This document shows, piece after piece, positions 1 through 12,300 of a DNA stretch of 64,000 bases. Below the pieces are notes generated by a model. That model searched no databases and was not told the origin of the DNA. It worked only from the letters and a program-made list of their open reading frames with translations. Origin of the DNA: Anthoceros angustus. Lineage: Eukaryota > Plantae > Anthocerotophyta. Position 1 is the first letter of the stretch. Every line of letters begins with the position of its first letter. A program made the translations under genes and the position numbers. The DNA is taken from assembly GCA_010909165.1 (NCBI GenBank), contig MU008171.1, forward strand, positions 992,001 through 1,056,000, read 5' to 3'.

Positions 1-506
1 GAGGTGAGTACTAAAGTTGGAAAACAAATATGTTTTATATATGAATTGACAATGGTTTAAATTGCGAAATATTCTCGCTTGGATGAAATATTCAAATGAT
101 TATACATTTATCCGGACCATACAATCAGCAGCTCAAAAGTACTATTCAAGAGAAGGCACGAACCATTTTACACTCCATCTACTCCAATAGAAGATGAGTA
201 GAATTTACCAAAACCATTTGAATTACCTTACGATGGCGAAGGTAATGCTTTTCTGTAAAAGGATTCAAAACGAAATGACAGAGCAGAGAAAATGATAAGA
301 GAGAGAGAAATGACATATAAGATGGGTGGTTTAGGCACCAAGTCTATATAGTTCATGGACCTCGGCCCCCTCACCAAAGAGCGCCCCTCGGCCCCACTTA
401 CCGCCCTCACGCCGGAACGGACGCCGCCGGGCACGGCCTAACGGTCTCGCCTCACGGCCTCGACTGCTCGCCGTGACGCCCGCCCGCTTCCTAACACATA
501 GGCACA

Positions 507-788
507 ATGATAAACGAGTATACCACATCTTTTGATGTGGTCATCCCCTGCTCTGCAGATTACATCAAGCAGAGAATCCACATCTATCTAGACACGCTAT
601 CTAGAAGAAACAACCTCTTCCGAAATCCTCCACAACCTGAAATCGAAGCATTAAAAGCTTCAGTAATTAACAAAATCAAACAACTGCAAAACCGTAGAGA
701 AACCAATGAAACTAAAACCGTGAGAATCCTACTTACCATGCACCTTGACACCACCTGTCTCCTTAGAAACTCCGTCTTCGAGACATAA
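507..788 (+). CDS. 93-aa extra ORF upstream of copia gag, function unknown
   Basis: Open ATG-to-TAA frame ending 62 nt before the gag ATG (851). Its C-terminus ILLTMHLDTTCLLRNSVFET* matches ILLTLQVETTCLLRHTVITL* upstream of gag in the second copy (47581-47885, minus). Confidence 0.7.
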   Translation: MINEYTTSFDVVIPCSADYIKQRIHIYLDTLSRRNNLFRNPPQPEIEALKASVINKIKQLQNRRETNETKTVRILLTMHLDTTCLLRNSVFET

Positions 789-850
789 ACTTACAACATA
801 CACACCACATTATCACCCCACATACACACATGAGAAAATTAAAAACACAA

Positions 851-2872
851 ATGGCTACCTCTAGCATCTCGCTGTCCAAGGAGGACAGATTTGATGGACA
901 ACAGCACAACTTCCCCATATGGAAGTTTAGAATTACAAACATTCTGAAAGAAAGAAAGCTTTGGGAATTCGTAGGTGGAGTCGGCACTCCACCGATGGTT
1001 ACAGCACGTCCTTCAGGCGCTAACGCCACAAATGCCCAGAAGGAAGAATGGGACGACAAGAATCAGCAAGCCAAGAATGTAATCATGCAAGGCATGAACC
1101 GAAACGCTGAATTGGAAGGGATCAACAATGGACAAGCTTGGCAACAACTCCACGATGTGTATGTCGGACATCATGCACATGGTCCACACGATTAAAAATT
1201 ACTTCTCTTTAAGGATGTCGAACACCAAGTGGACACACATACCATGTTGTTTAGAATGGAACGCCAAGTTCCAATCATGTGGCTTCACCATCTCGAAGAT
1301 TTGATGGAATATTGCTGTCTACTCTACCCGAGATCTACGTAGTTCGGTCCTACAAGGTGCCCACCTCCACGGTCAACAAGGTCATTAGTGCAATGTTGAC
1401 GTAAGAAGCAAGGAGAAAAGTATTTGCTACCTCCTTTGGCGGGGAATCGTCAAACGCAGCCTACTTCACAGGCAGAGGAAGAGCTCGAGGCCGTGGAAGG
1501 CCCAACTTTAGAGCCCAGCAGCAACACAGGGGCAGAGGCTCCTATTCAAGAGGACGTGGCAACTTCAACCCAAGTTGGAGAAAAATATGTGGCTACTGCA
1601 AAATTCTGGGCCACACATATGAGGAGTGCCGGAAACGCATGTCAGATAATAACCAAAGAAGAGACAGAGGAGAAGCATCAGGCCAGTTAGCTTTAACTAT
1701 GAAAAGACACTCAAAGGCATTCCTATGCCTACTAAATAGCAGGTCAGACTCACCACCATCAGCCCTAGTTGCTTCATGTCTGACTGCTCAAGGCCAGCAC
1801 TCCTGGTATATAGATTCAGGGGCGTCACAGCATATGACCCCACATCAAGAATATTTCAAAGACTTTACACCCTCTAAGCCTCCTCACTTCGTCAGCCTGG
1901 GTGATGACACAAGGCACACCATAGAAGGACACGGATCAAGAGAATTAAACTGCCGGGAAGCACACCAAATTTCGGATGTTCTACTTGTCCCGGGACTTAC
2001 CAAAACCTATTTTCAGCCCTTAAAATGTGAATCACCTATGTGTGCTTTGGACAAGGCCACGCATTGTGGAAACACCTCAAGGAGAGCTTATTGCCACTTT
2101 GGAGACCTCAAGAATGATGACACATCATCTCAACATGGACAGAAGTCATAACCCTGCTCTCTCATTATCTGCTGCAGCCAAGCACAACAATTCATACTTA
2201 TGGCATGCACGACTTGGTCACATGGGGTTCAGATGAAACGGATGCTTCACGAGTGCAAAAAGGAATTACACTTACCAGGGTGGAGGAGTTCGGCATCTGC
2301 GAAGCATGCTCACTTGAAAGAGCCACCGTACTCCTTTCCTAGATCCACCAGATCTACAAGGCGGCTTGGGTTAGTACACTCGAACATATGCGGACCCTTC
2401 AAGAGATCCATTTTGGATACTTATATTTCATGCTCGTCATAGATGACATGAGCAGGTTCACCGTTCTCTATCTGTTAAAGCATAAATCACAAGCCCTTAC
2501 CTGCTTCCAAGAATACACAGTTTGGGCTGAAAAGCAGACGGGAGAGAAACTCCTAACACTCCGTTCAGATGGAGGAGGAGAATATGGATCCAATGCCTTC
2601 CTGCAGTTCTGCAAGACACACGGCATTAGCAGACAAGTGACCACACCTCACACCTCTCAACAAAACGGGGTGTCAGAAAGGATGAATAGGACGATCCGAT
2701 TGAACCATCGCGATCCACGCCAACCTCCCAAGACATCGCGGCGAAGCAATGGCGCGGTTTACCTCATCAGCAGATCGATGCAGCCTTTGCCGCAACAAAC
2801 TCCTTACGAAGCTTGGACCGGACACAAGCCTGATTTATCCAATCTCAAAGTGTTCGGCTCCCCCGTGTATGC
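851..2872 (+). pseudogene. copia-A gag-protease-integrase, frameshifted, 5' half
   Basis: Starts MATSSISLSKEDRFDG. Motifs are spread over ORF fragments 830-1195, 1639-2151, 2027-2236 and 2388-2981. It breaks at KVFGSPVY(A). Confidence 0.9.
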
Positions 2873-2905
2873 GGGTGGTAGCATGGTTTGGTGGTACACT
2901 TTAGT
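2873..2905 (+). repeat. Left TIR of the Sola-like element
   Basis: gggtggtagcatggtttggtggtacactttagt matches the reverse complement of 17578-17609. Confidence 0.8.
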
Positions 2906-3459
2906 ACCATATGGCTTGGTACACTTGGTTACTTTGAAAAGGATAGAGAGATGTGAGAGGGTGACTTTAAGTTTTCATTAAAATAATATTTCAATATATG
3001 TTAGTTTCACCTTTATATACTTTTACGTTTGCTATTATTTACTTTAACTTACTTTTACTTTTACTTGGATCTGTTTTATCCGGTGGTAAGTCAACCGCCG
3101 CTTACTTTTCGGCCTTACGCGTGGGTGCACTCTCGCTATTGCCATCGCGAGCTCGATCTTGAGTTGATCCTTCGCATACGAGGCGGCTGGATGCAATCTC
3201 GCACTTGCTCGCCCACATCCGGCCGGCGATCGCACACACTCCGCGGGCTCAAAAGTTCGCGTGCTCGAGCTCGGTTGTTGTAATCAACCCTTGTCTGCAT
3301 TGTGAGCTATGTGGGGCTTCTTATGAGCCCTCCTTCCTTCTGCGAGCGGGCTCCCCACATGCAAGATCGAGGCGGCTGGAATCAGCAGTTTGTTTGTGCG
3401 ATTTTGAAGGTAATGTGCCTTGTGTGTGGCAATCGGTGTTTTGCCACGAGGCTTGCTTT

Positions 3460-4510
3460 ACGCTCTTGTGTGCACATGTGCAGTGCTAGGCTTGTGAGGT
3501 CTTTGGGCGTGAGGTCTTGGCCTTGGAGTGGGTGCGTGCGGCTTCTCATTGTCTGTGGTGTCCTTTGAAGAACTTGAGGCTTAACGGTCTTGTGTGGACA
3601 TGTGCATGCTCTAGTGTGAGGTCTTTGGGCGTGTGAGGGTGCTCCGATGGGTGCCGAGTGCGCTCCTTTGATCATTCCTTGTGTTCAATGTCACGTGAAG
3701 GACTTGAGCCTTGCTTTACTCTTGTGTGCACATGTGCGGTGCAGGGGCGTGAGATCTTTGTGCGTGAGGTCTTGGCCTTGGAGTGGGTGCGTGCGGCTTC
3801 TCATTATCTGTGGTGTCAAGAACTTGAGCCGGCTTAACGGTCTTGTGTGGACATGTGCATGCTCTAGGGGGCGTGAGGTCTTTGGGCGTGTGAGGTGCTC
3901 CGATGCATGCCGAGGTGCGGCTCCTTTGATCATTCCGTGTGTTCAATGTCACGGTGAAGGACTTGAGCACAGTAATGCTCTTGTGTGCACATGTGCAGGA
4001 TCTGGGGCTGTGAGATGTTGTGCGCGTGAGGGTGCTGGCCTTGGAGTGGGTGCCGACGTGCGGCTTCTCCTTGTCTATGGTGTCCCTGAAGAACTTGAGC
4101 CGGCTTAACGGTCTGTTGTGGACATGTGCAGGCTCTGGGTGAGGTGCTGGGCGTGTGAGGGTGCTCTAGTGGGTGCCGAGGTGCAGCTCCTTTGATCATT
4201 CCTTGTGTGCAATGTTGTGAAGGACTTGAGCACGAATAATGCTCTTGTGTGCACATGTGCGGGTGCTAGGCTTGTGAGGTGGTGGCATTGTGATTTTGTT
4301 GGAGTGGTGCGATGTGCTTCTCCTTGTGTCTTGATCTGGAGTGAAGAACTTGAGCCGCTGCGGTCTTGTGTGCACATGTGGGTTGGGGTTGTGTGGTCTT
4401 TGGGCGTGTGAGGGTGCTGGCCTTGGAGTGGGTGCCGAGGTGCGGCTTCTCCTTGTGTGTCTTGTCTGAAGAACTTGAGCTGCTTAATGCAAATGTGTGC
4501 ACATGTGCTG
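3460..4510. repeat. Subterminal tandem array (about 125-bp subunits, about 250-bp dimer)
   Basis: cttgtgtg(c/g)acatgtgc recurs near 3470, 3595, 3725, 3848, 3985, 4118, 4248, 4370 and 4497, with shared intervening blocks (ggccttggagtgggtgc, gaagaacttgagc, ctcctttgatcattcc). Confidence 0.85.
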
Positions 4511-4675
4511 TATGGAGTGGGTCTTGAGGTGCTCGGTGTTGGAGTGACATGGCTTCCTCGATGAGGAGGAGACATTAGGCATCTCAAGGAATCAAAAGCG
4601 TGCCCTCAAAAACATGTTGAGCCGCTCACGCGTGAGTCGAGCCTTGGAGGCGGTGCCAAAGTGGGCGTTCACTTT

Positions 4676-7285
4676 GGTCTTGGCATGAAGGAGACTACAA
4701 CTTGCGGGTGGAAGGAGTGGATGTTCGCCAAAGCAAGTTGCAGCAAGGTTTGAGGGAGGCAGTGGGCGGCGGGACGTGCTTACCCTCGGTTTGGGGTGAG
4801 GCAGCAATGATGCTTATGGGTGGAAGGGATCAGATAAGCTGTCAGACAAGGAGTGGAGAAACATCGACGACTTGGTTTTCAAGATATACGGCAAGCGAGT
4901 TAGTACTGGGGGGCAGAAGATCCCTAGGTTGATGGCCATTGGCATCCTTGTTGAGAAAAAGCTGCACAGGTCTGTCAGTTGGCTGGCCTATGCACAGAAA
5001 ACTAATGAGGTAAAGGCCTCCAAGCACAAGAAATGTGAGGACATGGAGAAGGATAAGAAAGTGCACAAGGAGAAGGAGACCCCTGGATCACATGGCCCTA
5101 TGGCGAGGTCACGAGCAAGGGAAGGGCAAGAAGGCATGTTGGGGCGGTGTCCTCGGACTCGAGGACACCGTGATGAGGAGACAGTGGCCGGTGGAGAGCA
5201 AGACCCAAAGGAGGACTTGCATGCAGGGCGTGAGCAAGAATGTATTCAAGAGGAGGTTGATGTCATAGCTGCGGTGAGGAGGAAACCATCTTTGTTCGGA
5301 GCGGAGGATGTAGAACCGGAGGCAGTGCAATGTCGTGGGTTTTCCTTATAGTTTTAGATTCCCTGCGGTTTAAGATTCACCGTGAGTGCTACCCTTAGGT
5401 CATGTGCTTTGCTTAGGACCTGCAGGACTGCCTTGAGCGCTCATTTGGAAGGGTTTGTTCCACGGTTTTCGCATCCATCACGTTTAAGGTTTGAGCTTGA
5501 TTTATGTGAGCTTGCTCTTATTGATTGCATGAGGAGCAACAAGCTTGACAAGTTCTTTGCTGGTCTTGGCATGAAGGAGACTACAACTTGCGGGTGGAAG
5601 GAGTGGATGTTAAGCAAGTTGCAGCAAGGTTTGAGGGAGGCGTGGGCGGCGGGACGTGCTTACCCTCGGTTTGGGAATAGAGGCAGGGCAATGATGCTTA
5701 TGGGTGGAAGGGATCGGATAAGTCGGACAAGTGGAGAAACATCGGACTTGGTTTTCAAGATATCTGACAAGCGAGTTAGTCTTGGGGCGGAAGATCCCTA
5801 GGTTGATGGCCATTGGCATCCTTGTTGAGAAAAAGTTGCGCAGTCATGGGTTGGGGTGGCCTATGCAGAAAACTAATGAGGTAAAGGCCTCCAAGCACAA
5901 GAAATGTGAGGACATGGAGAAGGATAAGAAAGTGCACAAGGAGAAGGAGACCTGGATCACATGGCCCTATGGCGAGGTCACGAGCAAGGGAAGGGCAAGA
6001 AGGCATGTTGGGGCGGTGTCCTCGGACTCGGACCGTGATGAGGAGACAGTGGCCGGTGGAGAGCAAGACCCAAAGGAGGACTTGCATGCAGGGCGTGAGC
6101 AAGAATGTATTCAAGAGGAGGTTGATGTCATAGCTGCGGTGAGGAGGAAACCATCTTTGTTCGGAGCGGAGGATGTAGAACCGGAGGCAGTGCAATGTCG
6201 TGGGTTTTCCTTATAGTTTTAGATTCCCTGCGGTTTAAGATTCACCGTGAGTGCTACCCTTAGGTCATGTGCTTTGCTTAGGACCTGCAGGACTGCCTTG
6301 AGCGCTCATTTGGAAGGGTTTGTTCCACGGTTTTCGCATCCATCACGTTTAAGGTTTGAGCTTGATTTATGTGAGCTTGCTCTTATTGATTGCATGAGGA
6401 GCAACAAGCTTGACAAGTTCTTTGCTGGTCTTGGCATGAAGGAGACTACAACTTGCGGGTGGAAGGAGTGGATGTTAAGCAAGTTGCAGCAAGGTTTGAG
6501 GGAGGCGTGGGCGGCGGGACGTGCTTACCCTCGGTTTGGGAATAGAGGCAGGGCAATGATGCTTATGGGTGGAAGGGATCGGATAAGTCGGACAAGTGGA
6601 GAAACATCGGACTTGGTTTTCAAGATATCTGACAAGCGAGTTAGTCTTGGGGCGGAAGATCCCTAGGTTGATGGCCATTGGCATCCTTGTTGAGAAAAAG
6701 TTGCGCAGTCATGGGTTGGGTGGCCTATGCAGAAAACTAATGAGGTAAAGGCCTCCAAGCACAAGAAATGTGAGGACATGGAGAAGGATAAGAAAGTGCA
6801 CAAGGAGAAGGAGACCCCACGGATCACATGGCCCTATGAGGTCACGAGCAAGGGAAGGGCAAGAAGGCATGTTGGGGCGGTGTCCTCGGACTCGAGGACA
6901 GTGATGAGGTTAGACAGTGGCCGGTGGAGAGCAAGACCCAAATGAGGACTTGCATGCAGGAGGCGTGAGCAAGAATGTATTCAAGAGGAGGTTGATGTCA
7001 TAGCAGGTGAGGAGGAAACCATCCCGAGGCGGAGGATGTAGAACCGGAGGCAGTGCAATGTCGTGGGTTTTCCTTATAGTTTTAGATTCCCTGCGGTTTA
7101 AGATTCATGAGTGCTACCCTTAGGTCATGTGCTTTGCTTAGGACCGGACCTTGAGCCTGCTCATTTGGAAGGGTTTGTTCCACGGTTTTCGCATCCATCA
7201 CGTTTAATGTGTTTGAGCTTGATTTATGTGAGCTTGCTCTTATAGATTGCATAGAGCAACAAGCTTGACAAGTTCTTTGCTGGTT
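4676..7285 (+). repeat. Three tandem copies of an 865-886-bp unit containing a degenerate Lys/Glu-rich ORF
   Basis: ctacaacttgcgggtggaag occurs at 4695, 5581 and 6446. The ORF-track translations at 5382/6247 and 5610/6475 are identical. Confidence 0.9.
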
Positions 7286-7639
7286 TTGACTTAGCCTCGA
7301 TCTTGTAAAGTTCACTTACGTTGCTAAGCTGTCTTTGTTTGTGTGAGCTTGGTGTTTTCGTGGATTCGAGATAGACTCTTGCGGTAGCTCAATTGTGAGG
7401 ATTCTTCACGGGAGGGGAGGGGAGGGAGAGGGGCCTCATGGGCATTCCGACATCTATCTGGTGCAGTTTGGCAGGGGGGCCACTAGGCACATCAACACCT
7501 AGTGGTGTCTTGTCATGTCGTCATGTCTGCATGTAGTGTATGCTTGTCATGTCGTCGTCCGTTGTGCAGTCCGTCATGCATGGCCGGGTGGTGATACGGT
7601 GACGTCTTGGAGTGTGGCGATTTCTTGATGTCGTGTATT

Positions 7640-8160
7640 CACGCGGTGGAAGTGACATTTGTTCATCTTGTCATCATGTCACGTTACTGTAAGCATTTGT
7701 TCATCATCATCGTGTCACGTTGTGCACACTGTAGGCATCTTCATCTTGTCATCGTATCACGTTGTGCACGCATCATTCATCGTCATCATGTCACGTTGTG
7801 CACAGAGCCTCTGTTCATCGTCATCATCTCACGTTGTGCACCGTGGGCAATTGTTCATCTCATCATGTCACTTTGTGCACTTGTGGGCATTTGTTCATCA
7901 TCATGTCACGTTGTGCACACTGGGCATTTGTTCATCTTGTCATCATGTCACGTTGTGCACATGGGCATTTCTCCGCCGTCATGTTGTCATGGACATCTTT
8001 ACAATTCGATGCCATTGTTATTATGTGACATTGTGGACACATGTGCAGCTATTCATCTGGCATTCTGTCACATTTTTGGACCTGTGGGCACTTTCTCATG
8101 TTGTCTTCTTGGGTGGCATGGTGGACATGTTAGCATTTCCTCAAGTTGTCGTGTGCACAC
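7640..8160. repeat. Degenerate short tandem repeat (catcatgtcacgttgtgcac core, about 40-bp period)
   Basis: Repeated catc(a/g)tgtcacgttgtgcac and ggcatttgttcatc motifs. Confidence 0.75.
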
Positions 8161-8261
8161 TTGTTTTCGTGTGTAGGGATACGCTAGAGTTGCACACAAA
8201 GATCAAAAGCATGGCGGTGGAAGACCTCATCTCCTTGTCGAGCAAGAGACCGGTTCGGTGA

Positions 8262-9045
8262 TTGCAAGCGAGGAGACAAGCAACCTTGCAGCAGCAAAAT
8301 TGCTCTAGGGGAGCTCACAGCGCCCTTGGCGCAATCTGCTATAACAAGGAGGTGCGGTTATGTGGAGCGGTCATCAACTTCATACTCACGAGCGACCTAA
8401 TTATATGCATCGCTGCGGTAGAAGATGCACATGTTGCTCGTGTCCAGGCACAATTGCGTGCAGTGCAGGAGGCGGCGGACAATCTGAGAGCCAACAACAA
8501 AAAGCGTGACGCCCTCCAACGAACTGTTAATCTGGCGGAGGATTTACATGATGCCTTTGGCCGCATACATAGCTTGACGCTCAAGAAAGAAAGGACTCCT
8601 CAATGGATTCCAGCCCCTTCTTACACTAGCCAGAATGTAGCCCTCCAGATCACGAAGTGCTGCGTGTGCACCAGGTACTTCTGCCGCCGTATGCATGCCT
8701 TGTTTCGTGTACTGAGATCTGTTCCATGCATCTAACTGCAATTGGTTTTGTGGTGCTATGTAGGGGATTCGGATGCTATGACTTTGTTTTCCTCCCTTGT
8801 GGGCACTGTTTTCACGATGTATGCCTCTACCAACACATGCTGGTCAGGGTGACTGCCCCAATCCTGCTTGTTCTCTTCAAGTCCCGGCACAGTGGCTGCA
8901 GGCCAAGGGTTGGCCATTCACTAGTGGAGTCCAACGGATGCACAGGAGCGTGACCGAGGAGAGTGGAGAGCATTATCATGGTACTGCAAGAATTCCACAT
9001 CATGGAGCACCGTTTGGAAGAATTGTTGGGGGTGCTGCAGGATAG
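8262..9045 (+). CDS. Spliced coiled-coil plus RING-H2-like zinc finger gene inside the transposon
   Basis: Splicing a GT-AG intron at 8675-8763 (branch tctaac about 8731) gives KCCVCTRGFGCYDFVFLPCGHCFHDVCLYQH. One frameshift later comes GDCPNPAC, giving C-x2-C...C-x-H-x2-H-x2-C...C-x4-C. It is preceded by a helical segment VARVQAQLRAVQEAADNLRANNKKRDALQRTV. The start is uncertain. Confidence 0.65.
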
Positions 9046-9379
9046 TGCCCCGGTGACTCACATAAGAAGGCGGTTCATGAGTCTCACAGTTAGTAGTGCT
9101 CTAAGGTTGTTGCTTTGCATGGAAAAGCTATATCTGACCTTGTGCTAATAGCAATTCGCTTGTCCCTAGGCACATATAGTAGTGCCTGTCCTCGCTTGGC
9201 GGTCTTGAGGCGTTGATCACACCACCACGTGGGCAGCGGCCACCTATCCCAAAGCGATTCGTGCCTCATACAATGCACAACTATGTCATGGAGTCGCCAG
9301 ATCTGGTGGTCCCTGTGTCTCAAACCATTGAGTCGGTGAGCCGCTACTACGGTGCGGTGGCAGCGTGTATTTGGCCCAC

Positions 9380-12300
9380 TCATGTGGCGATCCAGATGTC
9401 ATGTTTGGGGTTGGCTCCTTTGGTTGATGCATGCCTCTCACGTGGCGACTTCTTTGTTTGGTTTTGATTCCACTCAACGACATGGGTCGATTGGTGGTGG
9501 GCCACAAGGTGGGCACCCATGTGTACCCAACAAGGCCAGCCTACAACTCGGTGTGTTGAAGATCGCAATGCAGCGGTGGAAGAGGATACCAGTGGAAGAG
9601 GATACCCGAGCGGTCAGGGGAGGATACCAGTTTTCTACGAGACTCGGTCGTGCGGTGGACACCCACCTTGTGCATGATGATGAAACTCGGGTCAAGAATG
9701 ACACACGGCTTGTGCGAACCAGCAACTTAGAACTTGTGCCGTCTGTGGAAGTGACCACGGATGCGAGAAGATGAGGTGGAGGTGCCCGGCAAGGATGGGG
9801 AGGGCGTGACCACTATGGCGGTGGCTGCGGGTATGGATGTGGCCACTTGTCTTTGGTGTTCCAATGGCCGATTCTCGCTGGTGAAGCGGCCACTATGTGT
9901 CGAACCCAGGTAAGTGGCTATTGTCATTCATAAGGATGCGGAGAAATCGCCACTTCGGCAGCACGAAGTGGTGGAGGTATCGGTGGGCGTCGATCTTTGC
10001 GTAGAAAAGGCAAGCGGGCAGACTCCGGGAACTTTGAAAGCGGAAGGGTGCCTCAAGTCCGGAGACCAGGCGTCCCAAGAAAGCTTCACAAAGTGCCATG
10101 GTGGAACAACCGGCGGTTTGGAATTTAGTCTGTCCACATGCGGAGATAACTTCATGGTGCGTTCGAGGCACGGTAATAAAGAGAAAGTTCTGGTATGTAT
10201 TGCGTTGCCGAGCCCATGGTCACATTAAAGGCGAAGATCCAGTGGGGTGGTGAGATTTTTGCAGCGGTGAAAAGGTTGTGAAAAGGTTACTACTATGAGC
10301 GGTGCCTCGACAAAAGTGCCTACCATCGGATTCGAGCCACGTGGTGACCCAATAATGCTTGAAGGCGAGGAATCGACAAAAGTTTCCAATGGTAGCTATT
10401 CCGGGGCCAATGAGAAGAACAAGAACACTCCAGCCTTGGCTCTGCTGGATATAGAACATGGTTGGATCAAGTTGTGGCGACATAGCGTAAAGGGAGGGGT
10501 CCTGCAAAATATACATGGGCTTGCTTTGTTCTTAGTCCACAGTGGTCACTTTTTGTCAAGGCTTGGACGTGTGTAGGATCTTGTGGATGGGGTATTAATG
10601 TGCAAGCATCCATAATTGGCATAGATGTGAATCCTTGCACTTTTGACAATCATGTTACTTGTGGGAGAATGCACCTGGTTTTTGTGGGTCTGTGAAGCAA
10701 TTCTCCGTTTGTAGTTCTTAGCAAGCGTTGGGAGGAAGCTACCGGTTGTAATTGCTCAATTACGAGCAAACCCGCGCGAGAAAAGAGGGCCTCGGATGGT
10801 CTCTGACAATGCCTCAGGCGATCCAGATTCGAGCTCGTGCGGACACATATGCAATTCCAATGACACAGATTAGTTTCGACACACGCCATGTAGACATTTT
10901 GTGGGACAGAACACACAACAAAAGGAGCTCTGCGAACCAGCTTTAACATGAAACCAAAGATCCAAAATATGCCACACCACCGATTTCACCGCCACCCTCG
11001 TGGCCCAAAGTCGATGTAATGTACAATGCCACAAAATAAGCATCAAGGGATGCTCTCCGCCATCCACCCATTGTCACACAACCTATCTAGTGTCGTGGAT
11101 GTGCGAGCTAGCCAGACGGAAGGAACTTGTTGCCCGACCTCGGTGGCGCCCTCAATCTATCACATCGCTGTCCTCCTCGCTTGAGTCCCCACCGCAGGCA
11201 TGCGGATCGGTGCCTTCCGTCAACCCGACCACCTCCATGATGTGCGGCGTGCAGCGGCGGTGGAAGGCTTGGCATATGGGGCCACACACGATCTCGGACC
11301 TTCTTCCGATGGCGCTTGCGTGCCTTGGCCCGTTCCATTCGATGCAAGTAGTGTGCGCCAAGGTGACTAGTGACTTTCATCGTTGACAAATGGTGATACT
11401 CACCTCCGTGAAGAGGGTGCCTGGCCAGCTTGCCTAATCCGCTTGAAGATTCCATGTCCCTCCCCACACCAACCACTCCTCCCAAGTGCGCGCTTCCATT
11501 GCATACAAGAGCGAAGTCCGCCATCTCCACAAAGGACAAAGGCGGGCTAGCTTGCGTGGTCTACGAAGTGCTTGCCGGCTTTAAATTGCCAATGTTGGAG
11601 GCCACTCGTGTGCATAAGGCCCGAAGGTGGGTGACATGATTACTGAAACATGCCCAAGTGTAAGGAAAGCAAGGCCTGGATGGCCAATCAGCGATAGATT
11701 TTGAAAATTCGACCTCGATCCTTTCGACTTGTCGAACCCGGCATAGGGGACCAAAGATTTGAGGCCAACGTGACCAAGAGTCCGACATGACAAGAGTGCA
11801 TGGAGTCCTTTGTTTGCAATGATTGAAAATGGGAAAACTAGGGCCATTTACCCGGAGATAAAGAATTTCACAGTCAAGCCGGAGTGATGCAGGAAGCAAT
11901 GTAAACACATCCACAAAGTTCTTAACGCCGCTTCATGCTTGCTATAGCCCACTACAACTTCTCGACAGCGTGTTGCTGTCTTCAGACAACACATGAACTT
12001 GAAACCACCGGGGTGGTCTTGCTTACCACCACTGGCGTCCTCTTTCGGTTTTCAAACCTATTTGTTATTGCCGTTAGAACCTTCAACATGTGGACAATCA
12101 ACCTCTTGCTGGTCGGGGTTGCAAGTCACCAGCCTCCCGAGTCATAAAGCATTGTCTCAGTTTAAGCGGTCTGACACCTGTTTGAATTTTGTCCAGGAAC
12201 TCCTTTTGCACCTTGAACTGCTCCGAAGCTAGTAACCTTCGAATGTCATGCTCCAACTTGAATTTGCACATAGCTGCTTGGTGCAGCTTATGCGTCACGA

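Noticed and set aside
361-497. GC-rich stretch ending in ...ctaaca as the 5' LTR of copia-A
   Set aside because: It shows no similarity to the 3' LTR at 20189-20368 and no PBS follows.
8352-8421. An additional 70-nt first intron in the RING gene
   Set aside because: It has GT-AG ends and a branch-like site, but removal shifts the visible reading frame. It cannot be supported without transcript data.
9914-10576. Plus-strand ORFs 9914-10228 and 10295-10576 as genes
   Set aside because: They are in exact antisense register with the long minus-strand frame and are probably its shadows. No motif was recognised.
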